64,000 nt of DNA from Amoebophrya sp. A120 (lineage: Eukaryota > Protista > Dinoflagellata), in contig CAJINV010000002.1 of assembly GCA_905178155.1 (NCBI GenBank), positions 8,513,224 through 8,577,223 of the forward strand, read 5' to 3'. How positions within the stretch are numbered: the first letter of the stretch is position 1; each line of letters begins with the position of its first letter. Below, piece by piece: positions 25,406-37,604 of this stretch. Under the pieces are notes generated by a model. The model did not search any database, was not told the DNA's origin, and worked only from the letters and a program-made list of their open reading frames with translations. A program made the translations under genes and the position numbers.

Positions 25406-26957
25406 CTACACAAGCGGAAAGTGCCACGTAATACCGTCTCCCGGTAGCTCTGGCTGGTAAGGCAGGAACCAGTGGCGTACGTTTCGGCCCAGGACGGAAA
25501 CAACTTTTTGTCTCACGGACACGCGTTTCCGCGGATCCATCATCTCGATGCTGGTGCGGTCCAGAAACAGGCCAGCAAAGTGAAAAATCGTCAGACCCGT
25601 TATCGCAAAGAAAAGCGCGAAGGAAATTAGTGCGGAGAGGTAGAAGCCCTGTTAAGAGTTATTTCCCGAATATTAACGAACACGAACTGCAAATGCGACA
25701 AGATCGCAAGTGGGTCTCACACTCCGCCCGGCCGCGATGATGAAATAACTGTTTGGAAAACAAATGGAAAAAAGTCTTGAAGAATTGTGCGAGAACAACA
25801 ACAGATAAAAACTGTACAATCGAGAACGTCCCGACTGCTCCGCTGCTCGCTATTGCTTTTCCGCTCGCGTCAGCACCCCCGCCAGCACCTCCGATGTGGC
25901 TACTGCTGTTTCCAAAGAACCAGGACCACCACGACGAATCACGTTCAGCATTGAGGTGGTTTTTCCCATGCCCACCAGCTGCATTTCCCGCCCCTGCTCG
26001 TGCCGCGTGTCGCACCCACCACCAGTGATGTTTGATCATGTGGAACAGCAAGTAACAATGGTACAGCGCGAAGAAGAATCCGTAGAACAGGAGTTGCAGG
26101 AAGAATTTCATGTTGAAATAGCCGATGCAGTTATTCACCCATGGACAGTGGTGGTCCATCCGCAACACGCAAGCGTTGCACCAGCGGCAGTGGTGCACAC
26201 GGTCGGGTTTGTAGTTCTCGCAGTGCTTGCAGTACCGCTGCCGGCTCTCGTTTTCCGCCTGGGTCAGCCCTTTGATTTCCTTCTTCACGGACTCACACAC
26301 AATCTCCGTGTTGGTGTCTCTCCGAATCAGTTTCTCGTCGTATGGCGTCTTCACGATCGGCGGTGGAGCGCCCGGGTTCGTGATGGCGGTTTGAATGAAG
26401 CTCCACAAAACCATCACCAAAAGAAACGTCTGCACGATACCGCGGTAGGTGAACAGCTGCCTCAAATGCTGGATCGTCGCGGAGGGGGGTTCGTTCTTGT
26501 CGTAACTCGTCCCATTGAACGTCCTGAAGTTGTGGTGGAAGACAAAATTCCGCATGAAAAACGAGTAGTGCAGCAGAATCAGGAAAACAGCGAAGCTCAT
26601 CGCGATCGCGCCGACTTGTGAGTAGTTTCTGCGGTGCGCGAGTGGCGCTTTCCGGGAGTGCACTGCAAGGACTTGGATTCTCAACTTTTCGAGAACCGTT
26701 TGTACCGTCGTGTCCGACTTTGAGGTCGTGTTGATGGTGGGGGAGGTTTGCAAACCCAAACCAGCGGAGGACATGTTGCTCCTTGGTTCTGGCTTTTCCG
26801 TGTACAGTGAGGAAGAACCTGTTCGGAGAAGCGCGGTCTTCGCTTGATGGCTCCTAGAGGGCGCAAAAGGCGACTGGTGGGTGTACAGGCCGAAAGAGCC
26901 CCGGCCCCGATCAAAGGTCACCGGGGAGGAGAAGGGCGACGGGTCGTGTTGCAACAT
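25406..26957 (-). CDS. DHHC palmitoyltransferase
   Basis: RYCKHCENYKPDRVHHCRWCNACVLRMDHHCPWVNNCIG. Terminal exon 25406..25648 encodes a TM segment, RTSIE and VLGRNVRHWFLP...GDG. Internal splice pattern at 25650-25830 is uncertain. Confidence 0.92.
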
Positions 26958-27630
26958 TGTTTTTGTTCTATACACCTACTACAACGGTGGCTGGAGTCGA
27001 ACACGGTTTGCTGACACACTGCACTTAGACTTCGGCTCCTACATCTCAAGTTGGAATGCGAGTCGACATTGCAGCGAAGCGGAAGTTTTCCTAGCTTAGA
27101 GCTTGAGCGTCAACGACATGATTGTCATGAGCAGTCGCGCGGTTCTCTAATTGCCGTCACGCTTCCTCGTAACCAGTAATTATAACACGACAACTCTTAC
27201 TCTTTTTCGTTTCTCTTTGTTGACCACACTATCACTGCACTGTGAACTTCTATGCAAGCGCATCTCAATCACATCATTCCAATCGAGAAACGAAATGGAG
27301 CACGACGACACCTCAATCAAATACGAAAATACTCCATTTCGACGAATATGGTGCGTGTGTCTCCTGCTAGTACCAAATCTAAAAGAAAGACACGGAAGAT
27401 TTTGCGTTGTCGGTCTTTTGTTCGTGTTCCCCCGCCTGTAACGACACTACACGCAACACCTATGTCGGTCGAGGCTACGGGCCGTAGTGGGTCTACTGTG
27501 GAAAATTCGTGATTGTCGTTCGTTGAAGATCGTCGTCAGTTGGATGACGAGTGCATGATCCACAGATACGATACTGCAGAAGCACAGAAGTCGACGAGCA
27601 GCAATAGAACGCTGGTGCTGTTCCCCTTCT

Positions 27631-28563
27631 TCAACAAACCTGAATTGTGCTAGGGTTACCACTTTTCTTCACGAAAGAATCCTCTTGCACGTTTTGCGCT
27701 GCCATCCTGCAATTACGCTGGATGCTGTCCTCCATCTGTGAGACAGCGTCGGCTCCTGACGCAGTTCGTGGCGCTACGTCTATTGCAACGACCGCGCCGG
27801 GGTTTTCTCCGCCCGTAGTCTTAGTTTGGGAACTACTCGTCGTGCTTCCGCCGTGCTCACACACAAAAGGTGATCGCTGTTGTTGCTGCGCTGCACGCGC
27901 GGCCACTGGAGCACCTCCCGCTACACCTACAACCGGACGAGGCCCATCATTTACCGAACCGGTCCCCGTGCCCACGGACCCGGTGCTGCTTTCGCAAACA
28001 ACCGGCGTAGGCGTTGGCGCAGTCACATGATGACCACCGTTTTTATTTGGACAATTATCCTTGATGAACGCGATCAGGTCCGCTCGGTCCTGTTCGTCCT
28101 TGATCCCCAAAAACGCCATGCGCGTGCCCGGGATGTACCGCCGCGGGTTTTCGATGTACTTGAACAGATGTTTCTCCGACCACGTGATTTCGCTCTGTTT
28201 GTTTGCGTCCGTGTATATGCCCTGAAAATTACCCATCCCCATCCAATTTGTCATGCAAAACATACATAAAATCATGTGTTTGTCATGCAAAAAGTGGATG
28301 GGGATGGGTAATTTTCAGGGAATAGTGTACTCGAAATCGGGGATGGTGCCGGATAACCGTCCCAGTACGTTGAACAGACACGGACCCTGTTTGTTGATTC
28401 CCTCGGAGCTGATCGTGTGGCACTGTGCGCACTTCAGCTTGAACAGGCGCGCGCCGCGAGTGGTGTCGGTCCCCGTGGGAATTTCCACCTCCGGCTCCGC
28501 GCGAGGCCCGGGAGGGTACACCGGCCCGGAAGGACCGAGGCCCAGAAGGTCGAGCCAACCCAT
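27631..28563 (-). CDS. Cytochrome c with N- and long C-terminal extensions (272 aa)
   Basis: [16 protein letters not shown] heme motif, KQGPCL, FEYTDANK (restored on intron removal) and [13 protein letters not shown] (axial Met). Confidence 0.93.
28216..28324. mobile_element. TIR introner IE3 in cytochrome c (114-nt non-canonical intron)
   Basis: Direct repeat GTGTA at 28211-28215 and 28325-28329. TIR TATGCCCTGAAAATTACCCATCCCCATCCA matches 29/30. TTTGTCATGCAAAA occurs twice inside. Confidence 0.96.
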
Positions 28564-29939
28564 CCTTGGAGCTTATTTGCTTTAGGGTACGTGCAAAGAA
28601 ACTACGCAGTGTCGTGTTCGGCACACCAGACGTCGACGAGATGCCTGTGATAACTCATGCGTCGCACTTCACGGTGCAGGTTTAGGCCAATTAGCGACAG
28701 AAAAAAGGATCTCGGAAGTATTTCAAGCTCGTAGGGGGCTCTTTCTACTAGAATTCAAGTGAAGAGTGATCACTCGGATCCTCATTGATAGCGTGCCCTC
28801 GCCCTCCTTCAACGTCAATATCTGCTCTCAAGACATTTCTTTAGCTCCGCAGTTCATAAATAAAAAGGCTGAAAAAACAGTCCGAGAAGCTATGCACCAG
28901 CAGATTCACTAGCGAAGAACACGAATCTCTTCATGTCATCACGACCTGCAGCTGGCAATATCTGCATGTGAGGGCGCGCCTGAAAGCAGCATCCAAAGGT
29001 ATTCAATGGATCCCTTGGACAAGGAAGGAAGCTCTTCTGGATCTAGTACCAGCAACGAAATCAACCGTCTACTTAATAGTTTTTCCAGTTTCTCCTTGCA
29101 TCAAAGAAAAAGAGATCAACCGCAGCGCATCGGCTGGCATGAAATCAGGCACAGTCGCAAGCCACATATTAGTGTGACTTAGGTACGGGGCTTGTTCGTT
29201 TTTTTTGTGATCGCGGTTGTACTTCGTCTCTCTATTGAATAGAGATATTGGGTCAGGGTCGCCTTGTTGTGGTATAGCAAAAAACACCGCGCATCAGTAT
29301 AGGCGTTCTCGATTTGGACTCCTTGGGTCGCTGAGCCTGGGGCTATGAAAAAAAAGGGGGAAAACTACACTCAGTACCGATCTAGATCTTTCGGTAAACT
29401 AGATCTAGAGCTCCATCAGCATTCATCTCCTATTTTTTTCGAGAGGATGTTGACAAGCAGGTGTAAGTAATTCGCTTCAACAGCTTAGAACCTCTCTCGT
29501 ATATTTTTAGTTAGACATTGGTATGATGTTGTAACTGCCTCGACGGACCGGTTTTCGTCATCTTCGATAAAGTTAGTTGGTTTACTACGTATTGAAAGGC
29601 TTGCTATTCGCTGCTTTATCCATTTGACAGTTGCAATTTACATTTTATTTGTATGCGTCCCATCTACTTGCGCTGCGCTTGTAGTTCGGGCACCACCGCG
29701 AAGGCAGCAAAGGGCTCGACAGCGACCACCGCGATAAGGTAGTCTTCAAAGGCAGAACTACAACACGCTTCAAGACAGGAAACCGAAAACGAGCCGCACT
29801 GTCCCTTAAATTTCTACGTAGTACGTGTTGGTCGCTGCATCAAAGCTATTTTTTTTGAATCAACATTTGTGACGTCCTCGTCATTGTCGTGATGCTGTAC
29901 ATACCAAGTATGGATTACACACAAATCTTTCTTATCGGA

Positions 29940-31559
29940 TCATGCGCCCCCAGCGCCCGCGCCAGATGCATCGAGCGTCGACAACACTGTCGGGGGACGA
30001 TTCTGCGGCGCAGCAGCTCTTGCGGCTTCCACGATTTTCTGCTGCGAAGAACATTTGGGTTCCAACATCGTACTTTCCTGCTCTTTGACCTTGTTGTCCA
30101 CCGCGTTATCACCTCGCTGCTTCAGCAAAAAATTCCGACACTGCTCGAGGAGGAACAGCTGCATGTTTCCATACTCTTCCGAACTCGAGTCCTGGCAGTT
30201 CCCCCGCAGATTGCAGCTGACGTGCATCGGCTTTTTATGGAACAGGGCTAGCTGACTCGCCAACGTGCCGCCCAGCCCGTCCAACGAGCCCATTACGCAG
30301 GAACTGGGCTGCGGGAACAGGTCGTCAACAGTAGGAGAAGATGAGGCCGCTGATGCAGTTTCGGTCGCAAGCAACGAGGACTTCTTTTGGACGCGAAGAT
30401 CCTGAGCATTCTTCTCGGCAAGAACAGGCCCAGTTTTGACCCCCGAGGCGCTTTCCTCCTCCTCCGCGTCCCCCGGAAAACCAGTCATGGTAACCTCTGT
30501 TCCGACGGTGGTCGACTTCGCCGAGATCTCCGAGTCCACAGCCCCCGTAGCTCCTCCGGCTTGCAACAACATCTCGTCCGCCAGTTGCAGTCCTCCGTGC
30601 TCCATTTGCAGCACGTGTTCGTTGATCTTCAATTTCGCTAATGAGTTGGCCAACAGCTGCTGGTGTTCCTGCATGTTCATGTTTTGCGCCCGGGGCGACG
30701 CCGCGCGGCGGCTGACGCCGACCGACAATCGCGACGTGCAATGCGAGGCCGTGCGCGTGCAGGGCGGCGTGCCCATCGGGTGGAGGCCGATCGAGGAGTT
30801 GGAAATGTCGAACTGCACCGAATGCGTGCGATCGAAGGTGTTCGTGCCATTTGGCGTTTGGTCTTCCTCGTTCTCGCGTCCGAGTTGGGGTAATTCCTCC
30901 TCGCCCAGGCTTTCAAGCGTGTTCGATTTCGATTTTTGCATCAGCACCTTGCTCAGCGGGTGCTTCAACGGGTCCTTTTTCATCCCGTCAGTGGCCGTCG
31001 AGTAGCCCGAGTTCGGGTTGTACAGGTTGGTGTGCAGCGAAGAGGCCGCGCTAATGAAGTTGTTATCCTGGAGGTCGTTGGTCGTCTGCGAAGGGTACTC
31101 AGTGGAACAGGAACTCCCTTGCTTCTCCAGGTTTTTGATCTTGAACTTCATTCCGGTGAAGAGCGAAGAAACAGGTGCCGGTTTGGGACTGTGTTGATCC
31201 TGGGGGTTTGACGGATTCGAACTAGCTTTCGGAGTGAGAACATTTTCGACGGGATTGGATGCTATGTCCTTCGTCTCGGCTTCAGCTGGTGCTCTGGCCA
31301 TCTTCACACTGTCGACGCCACCAGCGTTTCCTGTATCAAGAATCTTCTTCGCATGCTGCACCGCCGGAACCATTCCCGTCGTCGTTTTTGGGAGGAGTAA
31401 GCCCCTCGGCGGCAGGCCCACGTGTAGGTCATCAAGTGCACCAACGTCGCGGACATCCGAAATGTAAATGAAGAAGCTGTCCACCAGCTCTAGGAAATGA
31501 AAGAGAATCTTCGTCTCACCGTCCGGTGCGACGGCCACGAAATTCGAGGGCTTCAGCAT
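29940..31559 (-). CDS. Proteasome assembly chaperone 4 (PAC4/PSMG4)-like protein with large internal insertion
   Basis: N-part ILFHFLELVDSFFIYI...LDDLHVGLP and C-part SSCVMG...LASQLALFHKKPMHVSCNL resemble the two halves of the PAC4 domain as recalled. Not confirmed by search. Confidence 0.6.
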   Translation of the reverse strand: MLKPSNFVAVAPDGETKILFHFLELVDSFFIYISDVRDVGALDDLHVGLPPRGLLLPKTTTGMVPAVQHAKKILDTGNAGGVDSVKMARAPAEAETKDIASNPVENVLTPKASSNPSNPQDQHSPKPAPVSSLFTGMKFKIKNLEKQGSSCSTEYPSQTTNDLQDNNFISAASSLHTNLYNPNSGYSTATDGMKKDPLKHPLSKVLMQKSKSNTLESLGEEELPQLGRENEEDQTPNGTNTFDRTHSVQFDISNSSIGLHPMGTPPCTRTASHCTSRLSVGVSRRAASPRAQNMNMQEHQQLLANSLAKLKINEHVLQMEHGGLQLADEMLLQAGGATGAVDSEISAKSTTVGTEVTMTGFPGDAEEEESASGVKTGPVLAEKNAQDLRVQKKSSLLATETASAASSSPTVDDLFPQPSSCVMGSLDGLGGTLASQLALFHKKPMHVSCNLRGNCQDSSSEEYGNMQLFLLEQCRNFLLKQRGDNAVDNKVKEQESTMLEPKCSSQQKIVEAARAAAPQNRPPTVLSTLDASGAGAGGA

Positions 31560-32837
31560 TCTTTGTGTCCGCTTGTATGCCAGGTCGGGTAGATTGGTGC
31601 TGCCAACTGTGGTGTGGAAATAAATAAACTCGCCTGCTATTAGGGCCAGGCAGGGGAGTATCCAAGCGGTAATGACAGGGTTTTGAAGTTGATAGAGATT
31701 TAATACGGAACCAAATCGTGAGAGCTTATCGGGTGATGAATACGTATGAGTACAAATAAAGCCAGTTGGAATTAAATCTGAAAATAAGGTCGCTAGAAGT
31801 GTTTTCGTTGATAGACATAGATCAAGACAACTGTGTCAAAAAAGAAATTTCTTGATTGATGGGGTGTAAAGAAATGCGTGCTAGTGTTTGTCGCGACTAC
31901 TTTCATTCATATTTATCGCTTTTCTTTTCGAAAAATGCCGCTAAACAACTGACCCTGATAGCTAGGTCAGCTTTAGCCTCCTGAAGTCGTTGGAGTGGAG
32001 CAAACGGTTTGGAAAAAGGAAGATTTTTGTTGGGATAGGAGCAGATAAGAACTGTTCATCAGATCGCCAAGAACGAACCCGCAGCGGTACCAAACAAGCA
32101 ATAGCACCGCCGAAATTATCAAAATACCAGAGCTGCAGGAGACCGTAAAGTGAAATTCAAATCATTGCGTTTCTCGTGGCTATATGTCGTCAACAGGGGA
32201 TTGTTGTTGTTCTTGTTCGCGAGCAGTTCTTTTCAAGTCGTGTTTGGGAAAAGAAAATTTGAACGTAGCTGCATTTGATACATCTGCCGTTTTTTTTCGA
32301 AAATCGTCACACACGTCATCGTAATCATGATAATATTCGGAGGACATACGGGGTGACAAAATTTTGTCGTGAAACATTTCTGGTAGGATCCTCCATCAAT
32401 CTTCTTCGCTTTTATTTTCTACACAGTTTCAGTTCTTCTTCTTTGTCTTTCATAGAAGAAGAAGATCTTGCTGCTTGACGGTAGTTTTGTCGGTATAGCT
32501 CCGCTTGATGTGCAACACATCCAAACCAGGACCAGCGCCGCATGCTCGAACGAAATAAAGAACAGTCTTTCTTCGTTGAATGATGTTTCAGGATCAACAC
32601 GGAGCAATACATTACCTGTTGCACCCGGCAGGTTGCCAAGCGACTCTTACTCCACCCCATGCTGGATTCACATCAGGCATAGCTGTCGCTTGAATTGTCG
32701 TTCATTCACATTCTTCTGTCTCTAAGCATAGGCAAGTGCAAGGCTGCTTCACGAATGAGAAATTCTCACAACTGAGTAGAATCTCACTGATACCGGTTGT
32801 GTTCACGATCGATGTACTCACACCAAAGATAATACGC

Positions 32838-35800
32838 TCACTTACTTCTCTTGTTCGCATTCCCCTTTTCTTGCTTGTTCTGCTGCGTCAAGTTCTTCGT
32901 ACTACCGCTGCCACCAAGTAGTTTGGCCAAACCGCCAAACAGGCTGGCCGGTGCGTCTCTCTCGTCTTTTGTCGTTCCCTCGTGTTTCTGCTCGTTACCG
33001 GCTGCACTAGTGGCCGCGGCTACCCGATTCGCGCACAAGGCCCGTCGTTCTGCGATTTGCACAGCGGTCTCGTCCTTCTCATCTTTCAAGTCCTTCATCT
33101 TGGGCACGACATGTGGCGGGAAGCTCGTCAAGAGCCACTCCACAACCGATCGGTGGCCGTTTGTGACCGCCCAATGTAGGGGAGTGCGCCCGTATACGTC
33201 GAGCGCCAGGGCTGTCTGGTCCGTTCGCTCCTGAAACAAATACTCCAGAACCTTTGCGCTGCAGCCTGCGCGCGCTGCAATGTGCAACAGCGTCTGCCGG
33301 TCTTCGCGGAGGATCTCGATTCTGTCGGTTATCGAAAAGAGGATGTTGTCCCGGCCGGCTTGGTTTTTGGTTGCTGTACACTGCACGTGCGCTGGAGCAG
33401 CCACGCCGGCATCTTTCCGTTTGGTCGCTTTCTGAGCTTTTGTTCGCGCTGGCCCTGCAAACGCGAAGTCGGCACCGCCTGGACACATCGTCGTCGCCGC
33501 ACCGGCTGTCAAGATCTCTTCAAACAGAAATTTCACTCGGCAGACATCGGCAGGGTATGTTTGTAGGCATCTCACGAGCAGCCGCTTCGCATCGGCAGTC
33601 GCGAGGACAGGTTCCGGCGCGGGGCAAGATGAGTTGCTAATCCTTGTCTTTTGCTTGTTCTTGTTGCTCTTGCCGTTGCATTCCTTGTCGGTCTGAGTTT
33701 TTCCCTTGTTGATGGTAAATTCCCTCAGCAACCAACGCACGACTGAGACGATTGGCGCAACCGGGCTTCGACGCTGACCTTCACGTGCTTCCACACTTAA
33801 GCTACAGCTACTCGTATCAACTTCTTGAGCCTGCGTCAGGGACTCTGTGAAATCTCTGTGGAGCAAAGCTACTCCGAGCACTTCGGAAAGAAAAGGCTCG
33901 ATGACGGTAAATGGATTGACGGTTCCTGCAGCGTCGATGTCGTTGGAGGCTGCAGCTTCACGTCCCGCAGGCGAAGATGTAGAAGCCATCCACGCTAGCT
34001 GCTGCAACGCTGGCACGCTTCCAGCCTTTACCGCGGCAAAGAGCCACGGGCGGATCTCCCTGCCGAAATGCAAATTCCTATCATGCCGTCTCTGCATCTG
34101 CTCTGTTGGCGACTCCGTGGCGACTGTTGTTTGTCCCTGCTCAGGGCTCCTTGCAGTTGCACTTCGACTTCTTCGGCTAGCAAACGATGACAGATACCGT
34201 GCGTATTTACCGAGTTGCGTTCGTCGCAAGAGTTCTGCGGGCGCAAAGCACGTCTGGGCCAGGTTTTCTCCGAAGGGATCGCTGTCTTTACCGCTCATTT
34301 TTGTCGTAGAAGCGTCCTCATTTGAAAAAGGTGTGTCTGGAGCATTTTTCTCGTCCACTCCAACCAGGCACACCGTACGGAGTGCTGCAGCCAGCTTTGC
34401 GCAAACCCGGACAGCAGAGAGCGAATCGCCGCCAAGTTCGCGGAAGTCCGCGCGGCTTTTTCGGAGCGAGGCATATCGATTACTCCGGTGGTCTACTGCT
34501 CTTGCTGCGGACAGCTCCTCACACCAAATTTTCCAAATTATCGAATGAAGGTCCTCCTGTCTCGAAGATGGTGCAGAAATCGACTTCTCGGCTTTTCGAT
34601 TTTCGGCTTCTTGGCCTTCTTGTTCGTCAGCAGATGACGAGAAGGAACAATCACTCATGATGTCATCGGTTTCATCATCTTGTTGATCGAGATCGTGACC
34701 AGAAGGTGGCCCATCCTGGTGCTGGTGCCCATTCTGCAGACGCCATGTTTCTGTCTCTTCGTGACGTAGAAATCTCGTTCCGTATGATGAGAGCGCCGCC
34801 CGGTGAATCTTTCCCGTGCCGGTCCGGGGAAGTTTTTCGTTCGTAAAGAAAAATCTGTGCGGAGTGTGGGCGGCCGACAACGTGCCGGCACAGACTAGCT
34901 CTCGGAGGATTTTCTTCAGCAGAGCGCTTTCGCGTGTAGCAGCACGATTTCTTTGTGTAGGGTAATGTTCCCAACTACGAGGGCCGGATTGCAATTCACT
35001 TAAACCAGGCACCTTCACGGTGCAGCAAGCCACCAGGAGAGGCCCACTCGTCGCACCATCCTTTGCAGTAAGAGAAGATCTCACCGGTACCACCGCGACT
35101 TCCTCCAAAATCTCAGCTGCGTTTGCAATATGAATTGCAAAAGCATCGTACTAGTATAAATTGCATTACAAACTTTTGAAAGAGAAAAGTGCAATTTGTA
35201 ATGCTGATTTGCCTAAGATGGGCAATTTGTCATGCATATTGCAATTACTAGCAGTACGATACTTTTGCACATGATATGCAAGCACAACGGCTTCGATCTC
35301 TTCTGGCTCTATGCGCAGCCCATTAATTTCATGCAATACAAATTTCCCGTACATGTACAACATGCATCACAAATTTCACCAATTTGGAGCGTAAGACTTG
35401 TCATGCTAAACTAGGATCGAAGCCAAGTTTTGTCATGCAGAGACCGCATCTGTACGTGTACGGGAAATTTACTGTGGATAAATTTTCAGTTGGTTGTCTT
35501 TGCGTCCTCGAAGTATCCAGGAGCCGCGACCGGCATCCTCAGTTGCGGAACCGAGCGGCGTTTTCGTTTCGTTGTCTTCTGGGCTACGATCACATTCGTC
35601 AGCAATGATCGGGGCGACTAGGTCGCCGGTTCGGAAACACCTCGTCCTCGTCGTGTCTCGCTGGGGCGGAAGATCCGCACCACTATCACTGTTTTTAACA
35701 GTGCTTTGTTCCTCCGACGTGCTCAACTGCCTCACTTGCGAGATTTCGGGGGCAGGAGCAAAAAAAAACTTTTGCACGGTGAGCTCCGGTCGATTCAGGT

Positions 35801-37604
35801 ACCCGAGCCCGACAAGCTCGGACCCGCAGAGGACTAGCTCGTACTCGAGCATTGCATTTTGATTTTCCATCCCCAGAAGCCTGGCCCGTTGTTCGTGTTC
35901 CTCCTCCGCCTCGACCTCGTGGCTCTTCAATACGGACCACAATTCCATCGCGGGCGTCAACGGCGTGCCGAGCTTGTCTTTATGACGCCTTTTCGCCGCA
36001 GGCGCAGCGCGCCACTTGTTCAATTCCCCTGCTCCACGAAAACGACCCGAGTGAATCTTCATTTCACCACCCGGAAGTACTACGGGCGCAGCGGCGCGCT
36101 CGACGACGTAGTGAAAAGTTTGGTAGACGCAACACTCCGTGACACCGTAGGTGTTCGCTAGGTTGCAGTTGACGGCGTACTGGAGAACAAATCGGACAAT
36201 CGTCTCGGGCATCTTTTCTCCGCCGAGGGCAACTAGCTGGAGAGACGCGAAGTCCTTTTGTGTCTCCTGTAGAATCTGCGCAGGACGTCTCTTGGGAGAG
36301 CTACTTCTTCCAGTGTCTAGAGCAAAAAAGTCCGTCGTTGCATCATTCCGACAGTTTTCTTCGTCGCTTTGCTCCGCCACCGCATCTCGCTCCAATGCGG
36401 GCCTGCACACCTCGTGCGTGAACAGCGTGGGTGTGGTCAGCAAGTGAGTAACGCCAGCTGCTTTGATCACGTCGAAGAAAGAAACCCCCCCACCCCGAAA
36501 CACGAGTTGGGCGCTCCCCTCCTCACTCCGGCCGGTGAAAAACAGTGTGGCGACCACGTCTCCCAAGCAGGGGTCGAACGCGAAGGGCGATCCAACCAAG
36601 ACCGTGGCGGTCCGGTCGATCTTGTGTGCGAGGTTTTTCGCATTGCAATAGTGCATCAGATTTGCGACCGTGCAGACGCACCCCTTCGGCGTGCCCGTGC
36701 TCCCGCTCGTGTAAAAAATGTGGCTGATTTCCAGGTTTACATCACCCTCGTCGAACCACTCTTGCGACGTGTCTTCCTGCTCTTGGCCAAAGTCCAGCAG
36801 AGACGACTGTTGATCCAAAGCAGAATAATTTTCCCGGTCCATAATATCGCTAGTACCAGCGTGGTCTCTACGAACGGAAACGTCGTCGTTTCGTGCCGAA
36901 AAAACAATCTCTCCGCACTCTACATCGAACAGCAAGCACTGCATTTTGTGAAGGACCTCTGCAGTAGAAGTTCTTGTTGCGCCATCTTGTTTCGAAGTAC
37001 ATTCCCAGCGTCTTTTCTGCTTTTTGCAGGTGGTGAGGAAAATATCCGGCCTGCAGTCCTCGAGAATCGATTTCACTCTCGGTTCCGGATCGTCTGTATT
37101 CACCACCACCAGGACGTTCCCCGAAACTAGCACCGCCAAGAGCAACACCGGCAGGAACAGAAGGTGCTTCGCGTCTTGTTTCTCCGGGACTGCGATAGCT
37201 ACGATTAGTTGCTTAGTAATGTCTTTTTCCCGATCGACACCCAGCCGGTCGATGCCGAGTCTGTTTTCGGATCCTGTGTCCAACTGCTCTTCTTGCAGCG
37301 CAACATGATGATGATCTGCCCCCGCCGGGCTTTTCCTTTTTTGCTCCTTTCTGATGCCCTCCTCGTTTACGTCGCCGACCTTTTTTCTCCTCAAACTTGC
37401 CAACAGCTTTGCTACGGCCGCAACGTGAAGAACGAGCTCCTTGTAAGAAAGGGAAACGGATTGCGTTGAACCGGGAATAGAAGAGGAATTCGTCGAGGCA
37501 ACAAAATCTTCGAGAAAAGTAGAGTAGTAGACGCTCACCGCAGCTCTGGTATCATTCTGTCGCAGCACCGCTTCCGCGAGTTGCTGGAAAAGAACTGCGA
37601 ACAT
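32838..37604 (-). CDS. Single-module NRPS-like enzyme: adenylation - carrier (T) - ankyrin repeats (~1485 aa)
   Basis: A-domain motifs FYTSGSTGTPKG, LGGE, NTYGVTE, FRTGD, GRKDNQLKINGLRIEPEEIE and LPRTGTGKIHR. Carrier motif FRELGGDSL. Ankyrin motifs TLLHIAAR and GRTPLHWAV. Two non-canonical introns. Confidence 0.9.
35129..35276. mobile_element. TIR introner IE4 (153-nt non-canonical intron)
   Basis: Direct repeat TGCAA at 35124-35128 and 35277-35281. TIR TATGAATTGCAAAAGCATCGTACT vs TATCATGTGCAAAAGTATCGTACT. Excision gives EAVVLA|NAAEILEEVAVV. Confidence 0.92.
35330..35480. mobile_element. TIR introner IE5 (156-nt non-canonical intron)
   Basis: Direct repeat AATTT at 35325-35329 and 35481-35485. 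Subterminal inverted repeat AAATTTCCCGTACATGTACA matches 19/20. Excision restores A-domain motif QLKI|NGLRIE. Confidence 0.92.

Noticed and set aside
28215-28325. Programmed frameshift or stop read-through to explain split ORFs (cytochrome c, NRPS-like gene, UTP4)
   Set aside because: TIR plus TSD removal restores conserved motifs exactly; read-through would insert tens of unrelated residues.
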